NCBI GenBank assembly: GCA_030704615.1 | Contig: CM060733.1 | Location: 44,888,001-44,952,000, forward strand | From: Takakia lepidozioides | Lineage: Eukaryota > Plantae > Bryophyta | Reading direction: 5' to 3' | Length of the DNA stretch: 64,000 bases | In this document: positions 1 through 12,102 of the stretch, in pieces | Position numbering within the stretch: the first letter of the stretch is position 1 | How the letters are laid out: each line of letters begins with the position of its first letter | Made by a program: the position numbers and the translations under genes | Notes under the pieces: generated by a model | The model's database searches: none | What the model saw: the letters and a program-made list of their open reading frames with translations, nothing else | What the model was told of the DNA's origin: nothing

Positions 1-297
1 CTTCCAAGGAGCCATGTTTAACAACCAGGAGATATTCATGATGGTACAACCAAGCAATTTACAGCCTCCATAACTCAAGGACAAGTGAAATAAGGAACCA
101 CAACAATACAACCTCCCTCACCCAAAGACAGGACAAACAACATCACAGAGACAGTCAAAGGACATGTCACGTGCTTGTATAAGAAAATGCAATAATCTGA
201 CAGAAAATGAGGAAGAGTCGATGCCTTTGAAGAACACGCAATGTATGCCAGATGAAAATCGAAGTTCAATCTTTCGGTAGACCTGGGGCAATCATAC

Positions 298-2096
298 CCA
301 GCGATAAAAGAGGAGAGCAAATATCTGTGATGCAAATGACTGGCTCCATACTTGTACAAAGATTGGGAGGATTTCCTTTCCATCGTCTGGAACTTCTGCA
401 TAGTGCTGTGCAAACACTTCATAAAAGCAAAGAGAGGGGCGATTGCCAGTGGCAGTCTTTGAAACTATGTCGCCATCTGGGATCTGTTCCGAACTATAGA
501 GTCGTGCAGCAATTCCATCACCATAACAGCCACTTCAGCTACAAATGTAGCATTTTCATGCACAAGGGATAATTTTCCGACAATGACACAACGTCCAAAG
601 GCCTCATGCAGAGGTATCAACCACTAGGGCCTCATGTCAGCCCAGGATTGCCATATCACTTCCACAAAACCGGAAGCAATCCTGAGGGTATAGTAGGCAG
701 GCTTTGATAATGGTGCTATGAGCTCTTTCACCAGCTCCTCTATTCTATGGTAACAAGCACCTTCGGATTTATATCTACCACCTTGGAATCCATAACTCGC
801 CCAATGGCATTTCTAGCGATTTGGGGCAATAACTCCTCCAACCACAAAAGCATAGAAAACAATCATGTGTAAGTTCAGATTGCCTCATGAAAGAAAGAGA
901 TCACAGCAAAGGGATAGACAGCTACCTTGGGCCCGCGGGTCAACCTCCAAGGCTACATCAGTGAAGAGCTGGCGAAGCAGATCACCTCGCTCGGTTGGTG
1001 TGTCAAGCGCCTGTCATTCATACATAGAACCTTTATTCCCTCTCCTCTCTTGTGCTACAAAAATAGTTCAATACTGACGATTGGTTTGTCTTGGCAGGTA
1101 TGGGTCAGAAATCCCCCTATTGGCGGCTGAGGCGCTTTTCTATATTATAACGATGTCCGTAGCAATATTTGTTCGACGGCGGTTTGCATCTCCAGAAAGG
1201 ACACATCTGATGAAAGAATGTTTAAGTCGAGGACCTTGTGTGGAGCATGGACCAATCTGCCACCCTTCAGCCATTCAGGCAGTGGTTCTCATTGCGGTAT
1301 TCCCTTCTTCATCATCCCAACAACTGTCCATCCTTTCATGGGATGGGGTCTTTGTCTTCTTGGCTCCTTATCTCTACTCACTGTGATTATCAGCCTTGTC
1401 CAACTCCCAGTCTTAACCACATGCTGCAGGTGCAGGACAACTAACTAGAATCTTGATCATGCATTGCCATGATGAAGATCACCAGATTGGATTGGCGTCC
1501 ATTAACTTACAACAATCAAACAGAAGCATACAGTTGATGGGCTACAAACTTCTACCTTTATAGGGTGGATACACATTGATGCAGGGAATCACTACTCTTA
1601 GTCAAACCCAGCTGGATATCACACATTTCCCCAATTGATCCATCTACTCTGGGTCAGTAAAGAATCAAAGCATAAGGGCTTGCGTCATATCTGTAGCAGC
1701 AAGAGAGTGATTGTCACCAATAACGGAATTATTTTTCACTGCCGCTGCGCTCTCTCTCTGCAATTTCTGCTGTTCTACCGTGTCCTATGGCCTCTGGCCT
1801 TGCCCTGCATAACCTTCTTCTCCTCTCTCTCTCTCTAATAAGCCACCAGACAGCTGGAAAGCTACATTTTCACCCTAGAGAGAACTGATTGCCATCCAAC
1901 AATCAGGCAAGTCCCTGCCATGACAAGTGGACTAACACATGCGCAGAGATAAACCAAAATACAGGTCATTGTGTGGGGCACAGAGACATGAGATCAAAGG
2001 TAGTACTTTATTCAGCTTGCGCTGAATTTCAACAGTGAGTTTCTTGCGGAAGGCGGAGTACTCCGGCGGCGGCCGCTGCTGGATGAGGCTCCCCAT
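298..2096 (-). CDS. Paralog A of a conserved uncharacterised plant protein; exons 1-3 (2096-2007, 1010-926, 506-298), continuing beyond the window start; possibly pseudogenising
   Basis: Exons translate to MGSLIQQRPPPEYSAFRKKLTVEIQRKLNK / ALDTPTERGDLLRQLFTDVALEVDPRAQ / ...RPSLCFYEVFAQHYAEVPDDGKEILPIFVQVWSQSFASQIFALLFYRW. Exon lengths (90/85/209 nt) equal those of the copy at 32971-34447. The exon-3 acceptor reads TTGCTG instead of TTGCAG. Confidence 0.8.
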
Positions 2097-2323
2097 TGAA
2101 CCACAGCCGCACACTTATGCGACCTGGTTCCACCGGCTGCAGTCTCACCATGGCAGGTCTGCCTCCCTCCTTCTGCCTTGTTTCATACTTCCCCTTTTCT
2201 ACTCCAAGATCTAGTGCACAGGTGCAGCTTGCAGAATATCCAATTGTGCTCAAAACAGTTTTTAAGGGCAAATAGACGACCTCTTTTTCATTCCTCGTTT
2301 TTATCCAAGCTATATGGCGTTAA

Positions 2324-3379
2324 CGTATATGGCTGCAATTTCAGGCAGCTCTTCTATGTAAATGTTGTGCACACAACATCATGGAATCCCTGGAGCATTG
2401 TCTCCTTCAATTTCAGGCTCCAGCCAAAGTTTGGCCTCTGGTGAGAGTATTCTACAGATACTGGAACCCTAGGGTCTTATCCCCCTTGGATATCCTCCTA
2501 ATCTACAACCAGGGATCTAAACAGAGAGCCATATCTTTCCCTGTGTTTGAGACCCTCAGGAGCTCTACACTATGGCACCTATGGAAAGCTGGATGACACC
2601 TCAACCGTTTCTGCCTTGCTTGCACATATCTTCTCTGATCTGGAGATAGAATCAAGAAAAGCTTGGTCCAAAACATCTGCAGATATTGAGCGGAATTCAA
2701 GCAATGCGGCAGCAGCAATTCATGCTACCTTCCAGACCACCTGGGGCCACCGTGGACTTATCTGCAACTCCCCAGAGATTGACAACTGCGTTTGGAACGA
2801 CCTTCCACCCGCCTGCTGGCGTGACCACTGCTCGACCTTGCACAGTGTCCCCTGAGTTCGATCGAGATATCAACTGGAAGCACATCAGGCCTTCATCATC
2901 GGTTTCGAGGCTTCAGTACAGATAGGGTGATCTCAATTTGGAGAGGATAACAATGTTCTCAGTTCACTTAGGCTGGTTTCATTTCGGAGGTGATCACACG
3001 ATCCACCCACACTAGCTTTACCATGGAAATGTTTTGACTGCTAAATTACAGTGTAACAGTTCCTGCGGCGCTCTAGTCTAGTTCTCACGAAATGCATCCT
3101 GGGTTTCCATAGACATATTCAGACACTGCTGTTGGGTTCTCTCAGTCAGGCGATCCTGCAGACATAGCAGATCCAACTAAAAAGTGCCAGCCCTAGGGCA
3201 GACAGATCTTCTTTATTGATCACTCTCTCATACTGAGACGAAGGGTTCGTTCTTCACTGTTTGCAGTGTGTAAGTTATGCCTTATGGCTCATCCGGGGTT
3301 TTAATTTTTTCCCCCCACAATAACTTACAATCATCATCTCAAGGGCTACTTCCCCTTTCTGCCACAAAAAAAAAAAAAA
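2324..3379 (+). mobile_element. 5'-truncated L1-type LINE (ORF2 C-terminus, 3' UTR, poly-A) inserted upstream of paralog A
   Basis: Translates to ...ESLEHCLLQFQAPAKVW...STLWHLWKAG, the Zn-finger/LWxxWK end of plant L1 ORF2. Ends in an A-run at ~3366-3379. The segment is absent from the paralogous site near 32713-32728. Confidence 0.8.
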
Positions 3380-3979
3380 GCATAAACAGCTCATCTGCAG
3401 GCACTCCTCGGGAGTGTCAAAGCACAGCACTCTCCACAGTTTGTGTACAGAGCGCAATCATGCTATTCTCCAAAATACTCTCCAGGAGGCTGTCGTTGGG
3501 TGCGCCGACCAAATGCAGCACTTGAGATTCCCGGCAATCTTAACACCCCCCCCCCCCCCCCGCCTTTTCTCCACACCAGCTGAACAGGGAGTATCCGCAA
3601 CTCATCAGTGCGATTTTAACACTTTCAAGCTACGATATGCCTGTTTGAAGAAGTGTCTATAGCTACTTTGTTCCATTGTACTGGGCTAACTCTCTCCTAA
3701 GTATTCCCTCTCTCTCTCTCTCTCGCGCTGGTCTACTGCGCCACTCCACTGTCTACTCTCATCTCGTCTCAACCATCGTGGCCTATCTCACATCTCGTCT
3801 GGGCTGCACCCTCTTTTTGTTTTTCAGTGGCTCCGGAAGGAATCTCTCCCCCCACCACAAATTCCGCCTATTCTCGCCGCCCTTGGCCCCCTCCCCCCTC
3901 TGTCTGCCCATCGTTGGTTCCCCGCTTTCTCTGATTGTAGCTCGCTCTTTGCTGACCCCTGTGCGCCGGTGGTGCCTCC

Positions 3980-6320
3980 ATGGACTCACGAGGAGGTAGT
4001 GACAATCGCAAGAAGCGAGGAGGCCCCTCCCTGCCCAGCAAAGGCAAAAACCAAGCTTGGATCAAGAAAATAGCTTCCACAGATGGTTCTGGTGCCTCAA
4101 TTCTGGGGAAGGGCCCAAGCTCCAGTACAAACCCCCTCCCACCCCTCTCATCAACCTCCCCATCGCCTGCGGACACCACATGGGAGGATACACTGGCCCC
4201 GGTCCATTCTGAGCAACAAATTCTAAAGCTGGACAAGGACAAGCTAAAGGCTCAAGCTAAACGCCCTCGGCGTCCAAAAGAGGTATTCTCGACTTCCCTG
4301 GCAAGCTGAGATCAAGAGCATGGACCAGAAAGTGGCTCGCAGAGCACTTGGGCGCCGAGGGCGGTTTGATTCAACACTTTTGCACGTCTATGGGAAGAGG
4401 GTTCTATACAGTGTTGTTTTCCTCGGAAGCAGAAGCAGAAAATGCTTTAAGTTTCAACACTCACAAATCAGGTGCAAAAGTGTTCATCTTTCCTTGGATC
4501 CACGATTGGGGACACAAACAAGGAGTCCTCTGGAAACCCAGAGTTACCTCACGTCGTTGCCAGAAATTGGCTCCAACTTCGGTACATTTATTGGGACCAT
4601 TAATGTCTATGAGCCTATGTAGGATCAGATCTTAAGTGTTGACAATGAAGCGGTGCACTTCGACTACAACAGAGATAATGGTATCCCCAAATTGGTGGTC
4701 CTCATGCCTGCAACAGCCACCATTGCACCTTCTATCAAGCTCCCAACAATTGATGATTCTTACATTGTGGTGGCAATCCAAGAAGAGATTCTGGCAACAA
4801 TCTGCTTCACCTGCAATGCGGAAGGCCATGTCAAAGCGGACTGCCCAAGGAGCTTGCTCAACTCTAAAGATGATGCACCGCAGGATGTATCCGGCTCCTC
4901 AAAGCCGCTGATAATCAGCACTGAAGGTACATAGACCGTTCCAGCTACTCAGGAGGCTGCGCCAGGGGCGAAAGAGAAAGAAATTGACAACATGGCCATG
5001 AAGTACTGGCACTCAGCCAAGGAAAGGAAAAGAGAGGAGGAGCCAAAGGTCTGGAACCACCCTCATCGACCCTGCGGTTTTTTCCCTGTGAGAATCATGG
5101 AGGACTGGGCATCTTTCCCATTCTCTGAATCAGACCTTATGCAGCTTGATACCAGCAGCATGGCAATCGCCTTCCTGGAGCTTCACTCTTTCAAAAGCAG
5201 GGCACTACCAGGATGGGAGCCTGGCTCTGATTATGCCAGACATAAAGCTGCAATCTGTGTCACACCGCTGCTGTACACTTTCATTGACGATGAAACCAAT
5301 TTTTTCCTGCCAAGTATCAAAGATGGTTTCCAGTCTGTCTGGGTCAATGAAGCCACTGCAAATGCTTTTGGAGTAGGTAAGGAAAGAGAGATCACCCTGG
5401 CCCTCTCTCAAGGCATTCTCAAGGTTTTCTTTCCTAACCTCACCCTCTCCATGGCGCATATCCAAAACATTGGCATAGTTGTGGATAACAATATTTCTCA
5501 CTCCGATCTGGCTTTCATTCATGTACTGCCTGTCATTTACTGCAAGGATCTTGACAGCTCAGGGGCACATGACAAGTGGCTTTGGGTGTCAAAGGCTTAC
5601 TTGTCTTGCAGGGTAAAAGATCTTTATGAATGGTCTCGCAGCGCAATGATTTTCGGAGAAGGCATCAAACTGGTGGAGGAGCACTATCAAATGCTGAAAG
5701 CCAACCCCAAAATCTCTCAGCAAGAGGTGAACAACAATAGAGAGCTGGTGTTGCATGTGGAGAACACTATGATGGCCTCATCGACTGCAGTACAGGAGCA
5801 GCCAATTAACTTCTTGCTGCCGGAGGAGACAGTCGAGTCTCCACCACCGGTAAGCATGGCTTCTCATGCTTGCCTCCCCCCTCCCCTCCACCCTGGATGC
5901 TGCTCCTCTCTTATTCTTTGTGCCTCAGGTGGGAGAGCACAAGAGAGTATGGACTCTCATGTTTGACAACCACTCTGAAAAACAAAAATACTCCCAGGAT
6001 GGTGGGATACCGCCACATCTCCTTCATCCCCCTCCGCTGTTCTCTTTTTGTCCAATACCCTGTCCTGGACACTTACCTCTGAAGGGCTATCGGTTCACAA
6101 GGATGGGGGGAATCAATTCCTGCTACTGGGAAGCAACAACAAGAGGAAGAGGACCAAAATAGTTTTTTTGTGGGAACTTCCGCTGCTGCACGCTCCACCA
6201 GTAGGCTTCAAATGGGTGTCCACCCTGCACCCGTCAGATAAAAGGACAAAATTTTACTATGCTCCCTCATGGCCATCAAATCGTGGGATCACCACGGGCC
6301 TCAAGCCCTCCCACCCATGA
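3980..6320 (+). pseudogene. LINE ORF1, frameshifted; zinc knuckle followed by a long extra C-terminal region
   Basis: Starts MDSRGGSDNRKKRGG at 3980. CFTCNAEGHVKADC at ~4803-4844. ORFs 4653-4934 and 4992-5966 share a frame and are separated by one TAG. The last piece ends at TGA 6318-6320, overlapping the ORF2 ATG. Confidence 0.7.
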
Positions 6321-9300
6321 CTCTGTCCCTCCGGAGCTGGAATGTGAGAGGTCTGGGATCAGACCACTCTGCCCCAAAAAGGGCGAGAGTTAGACAATGG
6401 GCCTCGGAGTTCATAAATAAATCCTCTCTTCTTTTCTTTCAAGAGCATAAATTGGACCATGCTAAAATTGCCTCGCTGGGGGGCTCTATCTGACCATCTG
6501 CTTTTGCTTTCTGGAACCCCACAGTCACCGACTCTAGCGGGGGTACAGCTATTTTGGTCTCTCCTTCTCTGGGTCAATATGTCCTCTCTAATGAAATTTG
6601 GGTTCAAGGGCGTGTACAGTTTCTTGCCTTCAACCTCGGTAACACTCTGGGCACTATGGGCCTGCTGAACATTTACGCCGCCAGTGATGAGGAGGGCAGG
6701 GTTGCCCTGTGGGAGTTAATTAGAGGGAAGCTGCTGCTTTTCCCACATATCCAGCACTGGCTGCTCGAGGGAGATTTCAACATGGTCGAGGATGACGCTG
6801 ACCGCTTGGGCCATTCCACAAACAATCTCTCAGCATTGGAAAGAAATTCCTGGGAAGCATTGTGCATGGCAGTAGGGCTGCTGGATGCCTCCCCACCAGG
6901 GCAAGAGGAGCTAAAGTTTACATGGTCAAACAACAGAAATCCTCCAAATTTATGCCAAGCCCGACTGGATAGGTTCTACTGCTCCGCCTCATTGCTGACA
7001 TGGTAAAAAAGGATACCGATTCAACCAATTCTTCCTGGTTTCGACCACACGGCCATCCACATCATGCTGAGCACCCCGGGATCCAGGGTAAAAAGGTAGG
7101 GGCTTTTTCAAGCTAAATCCAACCATTCTGGAAGATCCACTGGTGATTGAAGCCCTCAAGAGCGCTTGGTCTTCCGAAGTTCACCCTTTCTCCTCTCCCA
7201 CCCTGCTGTGTATGGCTAAAATGCAGAGCCTTCGAAATCAGTGCCAACTCATTTCCAGGGAAAAGGCCGCGGAAAGGACCAGAAGACAAAAGGCTCTAAC
7301 AAAGTGCTTGCAAGTATGCCAGTTCCAGCTGCAATCAGGGCAGCAGGGGCCCCAGACACTGGCCTCTTACACAACTGCCAAGAGGAACCTTGCAGAACTA
7401 CTGCATGCCAAAGAGCAGTTTATAAGGATAAGAGCGGGGGTCAATTGGTCTCTCAAAGGAGAGAAAATGAAGAAATACTTCTTTGCAAAGGCGGCTCAAA
7501 GGAGGTCTGCTACACTGGTGCCAGCCCTACAACACCCAGACACTGGTCTTCCCACTGATAACCGCAAGATTATGGCCAGAGTGGCTGCCTCCTATTTTGA
7601 GAAGTTGTTCCAAAGCCAGCCCTCCACACAGACAATGGACCAGGCCAGAGAGACGTTAATTCAAAGGATCCCATGTACTCTGTCTCAAGCGGATAAAGAT
7701 CACCTCTCCGCACCCTTCACCACGCACGAATTGGGGCTTGCAGTTAAATCTATGGCCCCTAATAAATCTCCTGGGCTGGACGGATTACCAATTGAAGTTT
7801 TCAAGATTCTTTGGGATACCATAGGGGAGGACTTCCTGCTGATGGCAAATGATATCCTGGAAAAAAGCCTGATGCCCTCTCAGATTTCAGAGGGCCTCAT
7901 CACTTTGATTTTCAAGAAAGGTGACAGGGATTGTAGGGCCAATTACCGCCCCATAACATTGCTAAACTCAACGTACAAGATCATAGCAAAGGCCCTGGCT
8001 CTAAGGCTGCAACCGCTCTTGCCCACCATCATCAGGAGGGACCAAACAGGTTTCCTAAAGGACCGTCTGATCTTGGATAACATATTGCTGGCGCACGAGG
8101 CTCTCCATAGAGCTACCATAAACAATCAGCCACTGGCTTTCCTGATGCTGGACTTCGAGAAGGCCTTCGACTCCATTGACTACAAATTCCTCCTCGGGGC
8201 AATGGAAAAGATAGGTATGGGGGGGCCTTTTCTTACTTGGGTGAACATTCTGCTGCAATCCGCCTCTAGCAAAGTCATGGTTAATGGGGTGATCTCCAAA
8301 TCCTTTGCCATCTCAAGGTCGGTCAGACAAGGCTGCCCACTGGCACCTTTTCTTTTTCTAATTGCAGCCGATTCTCTTGGGCACCTTCTAGACTACAGAC
8401 AGGATATTGTGGGCCTGCACCTCCCCACGTATCAGTCAGAATTGCTAAAGCTCAGCATGTATGCAGATGACACCTCTTTATTTCTGGACAACTCCAAAGA
8501 GCTCTGCAGGCTTTGCAGACCTTCTGCACTGGATCGGGTCTTAAGGTAAACTGGAAAAAGTCCATTGGTATCCTGTCCATTCTGCAAAACGGGTGCCAGG
8601 CCTCTCACTGTCAACCTTGGGGAGAAGACATAGGCTTGAGATGGCTGCAAGCTGGTCAAACACATACCTTGCGGGGGCACCAAATAGGGCTAAACATTTC
8701 ACGTGACTATGAGGCAGGTCATCACTAAGCTATTCTGGAGCCTTCCATGCTGCAGTTTGGGACCCAGACAAAATCCTCACCAAGGAGATTAAAGCCCTGG
8801 TCAGGAACTTCCTCTGGGGGGCCACACCAGCTTCACCAACAAAAAAGAGCCCTTGTCTCATGGGACCAACTCTGTCAAAAGAAACGCAAGGGGGGGCTGT
8901 GCATAATTGATCCGGGTTCTCAAATCAAGGCCCTGCTAGCGAGCTCTCAAGCACACAGGCACAGCCCATGGAGCAAGTTCCCGGGGAAGTCACCCCCTAT
9001 CACTTGTATAGGGCATGCAAGAGAAATGGGTATTTTTTAGGGGGGTATTACTTTTACTTTGGGTATTTTTAAGTACCCTATAATGACATAATTTTGTAAT
9101 ATGGTGAATTTTTGGCATGCTATTTTAATTATATATTTTCTTGTTTTAAACAAATATTAGACACCCTATATTAGTAATATAATAAAAGATTTTTTTTAAC
9201 AAGACAACTGAATTTATTATTTGGTTGAAATAAATTCTTTTAAAGCATTTGTATCATCGGCATTCAAAGTATAAACGTATTGTGCTCTATCGAAAGTCAT

Positions 9301-9780
9301 AGTGACTGAACTAATAATTGAATCTACATCTATTCACTTATTGTCGATATGATCATATTTGAATTTAAATTGTCCTCTAGGTTTTGAGAAGTAGTTTAAT
9401 AACACTATAACTGGTGTGGTTAGTCTATTTAGGAGATCAATAGGCTCTTGCGATATCCTCTACCTGTTCCATGCTTTCTTTCTCATTTTTTGGAATTTTT
9501 CATAGGTATTATCTCAACCCTATAATTATTTTATTTTAAAAAATTATTATTTTAGACCCTATACTAAATTTAAATTCCCTTATCACAATATAATGTACAT
9601 TTTATTATTTTTAAATGTTTTCTAATTTTATCTTTCCTGAATAAATTGCTCCCTATATTTTTTTGCACGTCGGTTGGAAATTTTTGGAAGTGACTTCCCC
9701 GAGAGCAAGTTAGTTCAGTCTTACTTGCTGGGATCTATCCCTCAATCCCCCCCCTCTGGATGCGGCCACATGATCTATCG
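6317..9780 (+). pseudogene. LINE ORF2 (endonuclease-reverse transcriptase), disrupted
   Basis: MTLSLRSWNVRGLG at 6317; RT ORF 7143-8549 with YADD; VSWDQLCQKKRKGGL at ~8855-8900. The frame ...SPWSK|LVQSYLLG is restored by removing the 8980-9703 insert and one TSD copy. Confidence 0.9.
8980..9703. mobile_element. Non-autonomous AT-rich TIR DNA transposon (MITE-like), 724 bp, 8-bp TSD
   Basis: 14-bp TIR CCCGGGGAAGTCAC / GTGACTTCCCCGAG (1 mismatch), flanked by the direct repeat AGCAAGTT at 8972-8979 and 9704-9711. No ORF. Confidence 0.88.
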
Positions 9781-10219
9781 AGTTTGAGTGTAGCAGGGAC
9801 AGTGGTAATGGTGGAAGACTTACTGAGGCTATGGCCACTATCACATCTTGTGGCTACTTGGACTTAGAGGAACGACGGTACAGCGTGAGCGGTGAGGCAC
9901 GCTCACGTTGGCTAACGTGGCGTGAGCCCGAGCGAAGGCCATATCAGCGCGAGCAGAGCCACGTCAGCGCGAGCGAAGGCCATATCAGCAAATGCCACAG
10001 AACTTACAGTCAAAGAAAGAATACCTATTCCCGCTGGACCTATAACCGTGAAAATAGGCCTCTAAAGTATAATGAAATTCGACACCATTATAAAAGATGA
10101 GCACATGGCTTCAATGAATAGGTAGGACCGTCAACTCCTGACCTATGCTGCATATTGCAAACAAGACGACACCATTTACAGTGGCAATTGCCAAAAATAT
10201 ATATATACATATATATCCC

Positions 10220-11185
10220 CTGAAATGGTGGGCGGTAGCGCACACCACTTTCAGTGGCATTTGCAGGCCAAAAAAACCCGTGAAAGTGGTGTGCGGCACC
10301 TCAGTGGCATCTGTGGGGAAAAAAAAAAAAAAAAAACCCCTTAAAAATCCCCCAAAAGAAAAAAAAATCCCCCCCAAAAAGGGGTGTATTTCCTGGCACC
10401 GCACACTAAAACAAATACCCTAAAAAATACCTAAAACCCCTTGAAAGACATTAAAAAACCTGTAAGAAAAACCTAAGAAAACCCCCATAAAATGAAAAAC
10501 AAAATCCCCTGAAAAGGGGTGTGCGGCACCGCACACCTCTTTCAGTGACACCGCACACAAAAAAAACCCTAAAAACCCCTAAAAACCCCTAAAAATGAAA
10601 AACAAAAAATCCTGAAAAGGGGTGTGCTACACCGCACACCTCGTTCAGTGGCACCGCACACAAAAAAAACCCATAAAAACCCCTAAAAAACCCCAAAAAA
10701 TGAAAAACAAAAAACCCTGGAAAGGGGTGTGCGGCACCGCACACCTCTTTCAGTGGCACCACACACTAAAAAAAAAACCCTAAAAAAACCCTAAAAACCC
10801 CTAAAAACCCTGAAAAATCCCGAAAAACAAAAAAAACAAAATCCTGCAATTGCCTAAGTAAACCCTAAAAACCCTAAAAAATCTGAAAAACCCTTAAAAC
10901 CCCCCAAAAAAATTCCCACTTTCAATGACATATGTGGGGAAAATAAACCCCCCTAAGAACCACTTAAGAAAACGGTAAAAACCCTAAAAACCCTTAAAAA
11001 ATCTGAAGAACCTTTAAAACCCCCCCAAGAAAAATCCCACTTTCAGTGGCAGTTGTGGGGAAAATAAACCCCCCCTAAGAACCCCTTAAGAAAACGGTAA
11101 AACCCTAAAAACCTGAAAAAACAAGAAAAAAATTTAGTTGCATCTGCGGGGGAAAAAACCCTAAAGACCCTAAAGAAACCCTAAT
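10220..11185. repeat. A/C-rich tandem array: ~104-bp units with a GGTGTGCGG-CA-CCGCACACC hairpin, ~122-bp units and degenerate AAACCCT motifs
   Basis: ~104-bp units start at ~10511, 10615 and 10720. A second unit type occurs at ~10857 and 10976. Many AAAACCCTAA motifs and strong strand asymmetry. Confidence 0.85.
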
Positions 11186-11449
11186 TACCCATCATCTATA
11201 TCATCTTTCATTGTGCCCACTGTCAATATCGATTGGATCCTTGGCAACTGCGCTCTTCATATAATTTTGTCACTAGCATGCCTACAGGGTTCATCGTGTC
11301 CACGGTTATGGGTGTCATCTGCGGAATTGCGTACAATAACTTTTGCAAAATCCTGGGGCAACACCACTCACATGAGCACAGGCTCACCACTCATGATCTA
11401 GCATCCCTCGACTTAGATGGACCTAAGCGCCAGCTAAGGGGCGATTATG

Positions 11450-12070
11450 ATAGACTAGTGGCTCCACTAGTGTTGTGGTAGCATTAGTGGTGTACTAATG
11501 ATGAACTAGTGATAGACCAGTGTTTGGTGTGTACATATGTTGTGTGGTTTTGGACAACGATGTAGTTGTTGATATGTATGCACACGACAGTTGTCAAGTT
11601 ATTTTACCATTAGTGTGAAGTTAGTTAGGAAATAGCTAGTTTTTATATATTGACATTTGGGATTGACCCAAATGTCAATCCAGGAGCCAATGTATATTTG
11701 GGTTCCTGACGTGGTTACCTTCACGACAGATCGCGGTGGGCTCATCTTTCTCGAGTTGAGCCTCACCGCGTCTAGCTATGGCGCCGTAGTGTAGATTCCC
11801 CATGACATGGGGTGCACTTGGCTCAACTTGTATTTGAGTGATAATTTTATATATGGATGAGTTTATGCTTCAGCTTTGTGCGTTCGCATGAGCTTGTGTG
11901 TACTTTTTTTTCTTTATCATTGTGATGGATTAGTAGTGGGGGACTAGTGGCAGCCTAGTGATTGCACTAGTGGTGGACTAGTGATAGAGTAGTGTTTGGT
12001 GTGCACATGTGTTGTGTGGTTTTGGACAACGATATAGTTGTGTAGCGATATGTATGTGCACGACAACTTT
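11450..12070. repeat. Diverged ~130-bp direct repeats with ACTAGTG sub-repeats flanking two hairpins
   Basis: 11508-11590 resembles 11980-12066. Perfect 13-bp stem ATTGACATTTGGG/CCCAAATGTCAAT at 11649-11679; imperfect hairpin at 11732-11770. Confidence 0.7.
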
Positions 12071-12102
12071 ACCTTCATGTAGCACTAACGACATAGTTCA
12101 TG

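Larger units (their letters stand above)
1..3470 (-). repeat. Inverted segmental duplication of ~32620-34741, interrupted by a LINE fragment (2324-3379) and a ~345-bp intronic indel (~1072-1415)
   Basis: Colinear reverse-complement match over exons and introns, e.g. 1-120 vs 34620-34741, 1416-2323 vs 32728-33672, and 3380-3470 vs 32620-32713. Confidence 0.95.
3680..9780 (+). mobile_element. Decayed, near full-length L1-clade LINE retrotransposon (3' end missing)
   Basis: CT-rich 5' UTR; ORF1 with a CCHC knuckle; ORF2 with APE endonuclease (SWNVRGL, GDFN, ARLDRFY) and RT (KSPGLDG, YRPITLLN, LDFEKAFD, RQGCPLAP, YADD). Several stops and frameshifts. Outer boundaries are approximate. Confidence 0.92.

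Noticed and set aside
75-2444. Many short ORFs conserved between 1-2.4 kb and 32.7-34.7 kb
   Set aside because: Their conservation reflects the recent DNA duplication; the real coding frames are the spliced exons.
10500-10770. Regularly spaced palindromic repeats resembling a CRISPR array
   Set aside because: The spacers are themselves repeated low-complexity sequence, there are no cas genes, and the context is eukaryotic.
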